From: an uncultured Gemmatimonadaceae bacterium | Lineage (GTDB): Bacteria > Gemmatimonadota > Gemmatimonadetes > Gemmatimonadales > Gemmatimonadaceae | NCBI GenBank assembly: GCA_963761305.1 | Contig: CAVXGK010000002.1 | Location: 1,664,001-1,728,000 of the forward strand | Reading direction: 5' to 3' | Length of the DNA: 64,000 nt | In this document: positions 59,613 to 64,000 of the stretch, piece after piece | Position numbering within the stretch: the stretch's first letter is position 1 | How the letters are laid out: every line of letters begins with the position of its first letter | Translations under genes and position numbers: made by a program | Notes under the pieces: model-generated | Databases searched by the model: none | What the model saw: the letters and a program-made list of their open reading frames with translations, nothing else | Told to the model about the DNA's origin: nothing

Positions 59613-60431
59613 ATGAGACGATTTGGTTGGGCGACGCGAGCGGCGACCGCCATTCTGGCGCTGGGCGGGTCCGGCTGCGCGATATCACAGCAACAAGAAG
59701 TGCAGATCGGCGCGCAGCAATCGCAGCAGGTCAACGCCCAACTGCCGATCATTCGCGATCCGGAGATCAACCGCTACCTCCAGGTACTCGGCGACTCGAT
59801 CGCCCGCGTGACGAGTCGGTCCGACCTGGATTGGCACTTCTTTCTCGTGAACACGAACGACTTCAACGCGTTCGCGCTCCCGGGCGGCTACGTCTACATC
59901 AATCGCGGTGTCGCCGAACGCTCCGACCGGCTGGATCAGTTCGCCTCTGTGATGGCGCACGAGATCGGGCACGTCGTCCTCCGTCATTCGGTGAAGCAGA
60001 TGCAGCAGATGCAAGGCGCAAACGTCGGCGCGATGGTGTTGTGCACCCTGACCGCTGTGTGCAACGGCATCGGAGGGGCCGGCGTGCAGGTCGGCGGCGG
60101 ACTGCTGTTCGCCAAGTTCAGCCGCGGCGACGAGGCGCAGGCCGACTCTGCGGGCGTGGAAGAGTTGGTGCGCGCCGGCATCAACCCGACCGGCATGCCG
60201 GAAATGTTCGAGAAGCTGATCGCCGAGCGACGAACGGCCCCCTCGACGGTCAATCAGTTTTTCACCGATCACCCGCTTGAGGAAGACCGTGTGCAGGATA
60301 CGCGAAACCACATCGCGCAGTACAATCCGGTGATCATTCGCACGCTGACCAACGACTCGCGCCTGTTCCAGGACTTCAAGTCGCGCGTTCGCGCGCTCCC
60401 GCCTCCGCCCCAGCCGCGCGCGCGTCCCTAA
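59613..60431 (+). CDS. M48-family (BepA/YfgC-like) metalloprotease, lipoprotein
   Basis: GSGC lipobox; NAFALPGG, HEIGH, EAQAD, DHP. Confidence 0.9.
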   Translation: MRRFGWATRAATAILALGGSGCAISQQQEVQIGAQQSQQVNAQLPIIRDPEINRYLQVLGDSIARVTSRSDLDWHFFLVNTNDFNAFALPGGYVYINRGVAERSDRLDQFASVMAHEIGHVVLRHSVKQMQQMQGANVGAMVLCTLTAVCNGIGGAGVQVGGGLLFAKFSRGDEAQADSAGVEELVRAGINPTGMPEMFEKLIAERRTAPSTVNQFFTDHPLEEDRVQDTRNHIAQYNPVIIRTLTNDSRLFQDFKSRVRALPPPPQPRARP

Positions 60432-61257
60432 CGCCGATCCGCTCCACCACACCCGATACGAGGCGAACGAAGGCGCCGGCCGCGCGCGCCGTCGTCTCGA
60501 GCACATCGTCGTGTGAGAGCGGCGAGGATGACAGCCCGGTCGCGGGATTCGTGACGCAGCTGAAGCCGAGCACGCGCATGCCGATCGCGCGCGCGACGAT
60601 CACCTCGGGAACGGTCGACATGCCGACGGCGTCGGCGCCGAAAATGCCCAGCATGCGCACTTCGGCGGCGGTTTCGTACTGGGGACCGAGCAGCCCCGCG
60701 TAGACGCCTTCGCGTAGCACGATCCCCTGCTCTCGCGCCACTTCACGCGCGATATCCGCCAGCCGCGCGTCGTACGGCGACGACATGTCGGGAAATCGAA
60801 GATCGCCGTGCTCGAGCGGCCCGATGAGCGGATTGCGAAACATCAGGTTGATGTGATCGCGGATCAGCATCAGGTCGCCGGGATTCCAACTCGGGTTGAT
60901 TCCACCGGCGGCGTTGGAGACGATGAGCGTCGGCGCGCCAAGCGCGTGGACGACGCGCACAGGATATCCGGCGAGCGCCGCGTCGTGGCCTTCGTAGAGA
61001 TGGAATCGCCCGGCCAGCGCGAGCACCGGCACGCCGCGGAGCGTGCCCGCGATCAGCTGTCCGGCGTGGCCCGCGACGGTGGAGGACGGAAATCCGGGTA
61101 CGTCGCGGTAGTGAATCGTCCGGGCGTCGTCGATTTCCTCGGCGAGACCGCCGAGGCCTGAACCGAGGATGATCGCGGCGACCGGCGCCACGTCGCCCAC
61201 GCGGGCGCGAATCCGCTGCGCCGCGGCGAGCGCCTGGGCCGCTCCGTGCCCGCTCAC
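60376..61257 (-). CDS. punA: Purine nucleoside phosphorylase (trimeric type)
   Basis: ILGSGLG, GRFHLYEG, SNAAGG, GPQYET, VGMSTVPE, TN. Confidence 0.93.
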   Translation of the reverse strand: MSGHGAAQALAAAQRIRARVGDVAPVAAIILGSGLGGLAEEIDDARTIHYRDVPGFPSSTVAGHAGQLIAGTLRGVPVLALAGRFHLYEGHDAALAGYPVRVVHALGAPTLIVSNAAGGINPSWNPGDLMLIRDHINLMFRNPLIGPLEHGDLRFPDMSSPYDARLADIAREVAREQGIVLREGVYAGLLGPQYETAAEVRMLGIFGADAVGMSTVPEVIVARAIGMRVLGFSCVTNPATGLSSSPLSHDDVLETTARAAGAFVRLVSGVVERIGVRDARAAGAEAGARERAT

Positions 61258-62309
61258 GCCGCCGCGCCCGACCGCAGTCGCGCGACCTCGGCGTCGAAGT
61301 CGGCGAGCATCTTCGCGCGTTCCTCGAACGACACGAAGGCGCTGGCGAATCCGTTTCGCGCGACACGCGCCAGCTCGTCGAACGTGAAGTCGAGCGAGCG
61401 GGCGGCGTGGACGTACTCGTCGGTGAGCGTCGTGCCGCTCATGAGCCGGTTGTCGGTGTTGAGCACGACGTTCAGCCCACGATCGAAGTACCGCCGCAGC
61501 GGATGCGCCTCGTACGACACGACGGCGCGCGTCTGGACGTTGCTCGTCAGGCAGATCTCGAGCGGAATGCGCCGGTCGTTCACGTACTGTGTGAGGGCTT
61601 CGTCTTCGATCAGCCGCGTCGCGTGCCCGATGCGATGCGCGCCGCAGCGGTGGATCGCTTCGCGCACCGACGACGCGTCGGCGCCCTCGCCGGCGTGACA
61701 GGTGCACGCGAGGTCGTGGGCCTGCGCGTACTCGAACGCCGCCGCGTGCAGCGATGCCGGATTTCCGAGCTCGCCTCCGGCGAGATCGAATCCGACGACG
61801 CCCCGCGTGCGGTACGCGACGGCGAGGTGCGCCAGCTCCACCGACACGTCGGGCGACAGATGGCGCAGCGCGCAGACGATGATTCGCCCCGACGCCCCGC
61901 CCTCCTTGTGTGCGCGCTCGAGCCCGCGCAGCGTCGCCTCGATCGCTTCGCCCGGCGACAACCCGCCGCGCACGTTGAGCACCGGCGCGAAGCGCACCTC
62001 GATGTAGCGCACGCCGTCGCGCCCGGCGTCGATCGCCAGCTCGTACGCCGCCCGCTCGAGCGCCTCGGCGGTCTGGAGCACGGCCAGCGTGACGTCGAAC
62101 TTGGCGAGGTAGTCCTCGAGGCTCCGCGCATCGTCGACGCGCATGAATTCACGCACCGACTCCGCGTCGTCGCGCGGAATCGGCTGATGATACTCGCGCG
62201 CCAACTCGAGCAGCGTCTCCGGACGAATCGAACCGTCCAGGTGACAGTGAAGCTCGGCCTTCGGCAGACGGCGGAGCAGATCCGACGTCAGCGGAGGACC
62301 AGCCGTCAC
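61254..62309 (-). CDS. add: Adenosine deaminase
   Basis: PKAELHCHLDG, HAGE, RIGH, CLTSN, NTDN. Confidence 0.94.
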   Translation of the reverse strand: MTAGPPLTSDLLRRLPKAELHCHLDGSIRPETLLELAREYHQPIPRDDAESVREFMRVDDARSLEDYLAKFDVTLAVLQTAEALERAAYELAIDAGRDGVRYIEVRFAPVLNVRGGLSPGEAIEATLRGLERAHKEGGASGRIIVCALRHLSPDVSVELAHLAVAYRTRGVVGFDLAGGELGNPASLHAAAFEYAQAHDLACTCHAGEGADASSVREAIHRCGAHRIGHATRLIEDEALTQYVNDRRIPLEICLTSNVQTRAVVSYEAHPLRRYFDRGLNVVLNTDNRLMSGTTLTDEYVHAARSLDFTFDELARVARNGFASAFVSFEERAKMLADFDAEVARLRSGAAA

Positions 62310-62533
62310 GACGCGTCCGCCGAGCGCTGGCGAGCCGAGACGACGCGCAGGATGCCGCCGGCATGCATCACGGTGGCCGGATCCAGCGGGAGGCCGCGGC
62401 TGTCGGTGATGAGACGAGCGCCGGCACTCACCGCGTTGGCCTCGCCCGCATCAAATGCCTGCACCGCGTCGAGGGCGCTGGCGCCCGAGGGCAAGTCGAG
62501 AGGAGTCGAGTTGACGAAAACGCGCACGGACAC
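62306..62533 (-). CDS. Small beta-grasp (ThiS/MoaD- or ferredoxin-like fold) hypothetical protein
   Basis: VRVFVN..PLDLP.G..ALDA pattern; 4-bp overlap with add. Confidence 0.6.
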   Translation of the reverse strand: MSVRVFVNSTPLDLPSGASALDAVQAFDAGEANAVSAGARLITDSRGLPLDPATVMHAGGILRVVSARQRSADAS

Positions 62534-62540
62534 CGAAAGG

Positions 62541-62880
62541 CGAAAGGGACGAACTCCGAAGGTAACGAACGGCGAAGCTAACGAGGAGCGAAAGTGACGA
62601 ACTCCGAGGACGGCGAGGGGGCCAGAAATAGGAAGCCGTGGGTCGGGTCTGCATGCGCCATCGCGGGGACGTTCGCCGTTCGCGTCGATTTCCGCGGTCC
62701 AGCGACTCTCGCCGTTCGTTACTCTCGCCGTTCGTTAGCCTCGCCGTTCGTTAGCCTCGCCGTTCGTCAGTTTCGCCGTTCGTCAGTTTCGCCATTTGTT
62801 AGTTTCGCCGTTTGTTAGTTTCGCAGTTCGTTAGTTTCGCCGTTTGTTAGTTTCGCAGTTCGTTACCTTCGCCCTTCGGA
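62541..62880. repeat. 16-bp tandem array (TCGCCGTTCGTTAGTT x10, 62709-62868) with an inverted 4-unit partner (62541-62608)
   Basis: Directly visible. Confidence 0.9.
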
Positions 62881-64000
62881 ATTCACGACCCTCCGACTCG
62901 TCCCCGCAAAATCCGCCGGGCTCAGAGTTCCGCGTTTTCTCACTTCGTCGATCAACAGATCTCTGATGTCCCGCTGTTGATCGTAGACGACCGGTGCGCC
63001 GTGCAGCATGGAGAATCCCCCGCCGCCCGCCTGCCGGAAGTTGCTCACGGCCATCGTGAACGTGTCCGCCGCGGCGACCGGCCGGCCCTGGAACTCGAGG
63101 CGCGTGACGCGCTCGCCGATCGGCCGCGAGACGTCGATCTCGTAGTCCACCCCGCCGACGACGTCGTAGTTGTAGCCCGGGATCGTCGGATCGGGTTCGA
63201 CGCCGCGGGCGTCGGCGCGGAAAAAGCGCGCGCTGTGCTCGAGATACTCGCGCAGCTGTTCGCCGCTGATCCGCACGGCCCGCAGCGTGTTGTCGTACGG
63301 GTAGAGCGCGGCCATGCCGGCGATCGTGATCGGGCCGGGCGCGATCGAGTCGAGCGAGAACACGGCCGTCGACGCCAGCTGCGCGCCCGACGCGCGCCGC
63401 TCGACGTCGAGCACGAAGTTGGTGAGCGGTGTCGCCGCGACGCGCCCCGAATCGCCGCGCCATGCCACGGACGTGTTGCCGATCACCGTCGCCGCGTAGC
63501 GAACGGCGAGGCGGTGCCCTTCGGCGGCGACAGCCAGGACTTGAGAATCCTCGCGATGGTGCACCGCTTGAATGATCCAGCTCCGCTTGTGCGTCACGGT
63601 CCAGCGTCCGTTGTGCCGCTCGAGCCGCAGCTGCGCCACGGCGAGACTGGTCGCGAAGTTCTTCGGCTGCATGAGCAGCGCGCCGGCGATGACGGTGTCG
63701 GCCATCTCCTTGTGCGTGTGCCCGTAGACGATCACGTCGATGCCCGGCACCTCGCGAGCGACGCGCGCCGCCACGTTCTCGCTCCCCGCGCCCGTGCCGA
63801 CCGTGTCGTAGGTGGACGGCTCGTCCAACCCGGAGTGCAGGACGACGACCACGACCGCCGCGCCGGCGTTTTTCGCGTCGCGCACGGAGCTCCGCACGTC
63901 GGGCACGATGTCGCGTACTTGAAGACGCCCGGCGAGCTGGTCGTGATCCAGCACCATCGCGCCCGGCGTCGTCGCGCCGACGATCGCCACCTTCACGCCG
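62863..64000 (-). CDS. Bifunctional 5'-nucleotidase / 2',3'-cyclic phosphodiesterase (3' part)
   Basis: HSG, IDVIVYGHTH, YPYDN, YNYD, GGGGF; lies upstream of add-punA. Confidence 0.88.
   Translation of the reverse strand, partial: GVKVAIVGATTPGAMVLDHDQLAGRLQVRDIVPDVRSSVRDAKNAGAAVVVVVLHSGLDEPSTYDTVGTGAGSENVAARVAREVPGIDVIVYGHTHKEMADTVIAGALLMQPKNFATSLAVAQLRLERHNGRWTVTHKRSWIIQAVHHREDSQVLAVAAEGHRLAVRYAATVIGNTSVAWRGDSGRVAATPLTNFVLDVERRASGAQLASTAVFSLDSIAPGPITIAGMAALYPYDNTLRAVRISGEQLREYLEHSARFFRADARGVEPDPTIPGYNYDVVGGVDYEIDVSRPIGERVTRLEFQGRPVAAADTFTMAVSNFRQAGGGGFSMLHGAPVVYDQQRDIRDLLIDEVRKRGTLSPADFAGTSRRVVNSEGRR

Noticed and set aside
62709..62868. CRISPR array
   Set aside because: Contiguous 16-bp units without unique spacers; no cas genes in the window

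Overview
GC-rich bacterial chromosomal window. The gene content (SusC/SusD pairs outside Bacteroidota, a TIGR02999-type ECF sigma with a Ser/Thr kinase, and the style of the housekeeping genes) suggests Gemmatimonadota, but this is inference. The left half (1-29 kb) holds accessory, mostly secreted functions: two Tat-exported tandem VOC paralogues, a cytochrome c/copper-monooxygenase-like protein, a PAS histidine kinase, a PQQ dehydrogenase, TlpA with an ABC exporter, a BNR/VPS10 glycosidase-like protein, the ECF-kinase pair and an M23 peptidase. A gene-poor ~4 kb patch (29.5-33.5 kb) carries 21-bp-period degenerate arrays in front of an orphan helical protein. Two SusC/SusD pairs follow. The second pair is bracketed by direct repeats that include an in-frame duplicate of the rnhB 3' end and a 47-bp hairpin element. 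The right half is housekeeping: rnhB, rplS, a TPR membrane protein, trmD, rimM, rpsP, ffh, lon, DUF445, a single-AAA Clp-like ATPase, pilD, a TrmH-family methyltransferase, an M48 protease, punA, add and a 5'-nucleotidase. Intergenic spaces carry many distinct short-tandem-repeat and inverted-repeat families. Several genes, including essential ones, contain 1-bp indels that are most likely sequencing or assembly errors. No rRNA, tRNA, CRISPR array, integrase or transposase was recognised.
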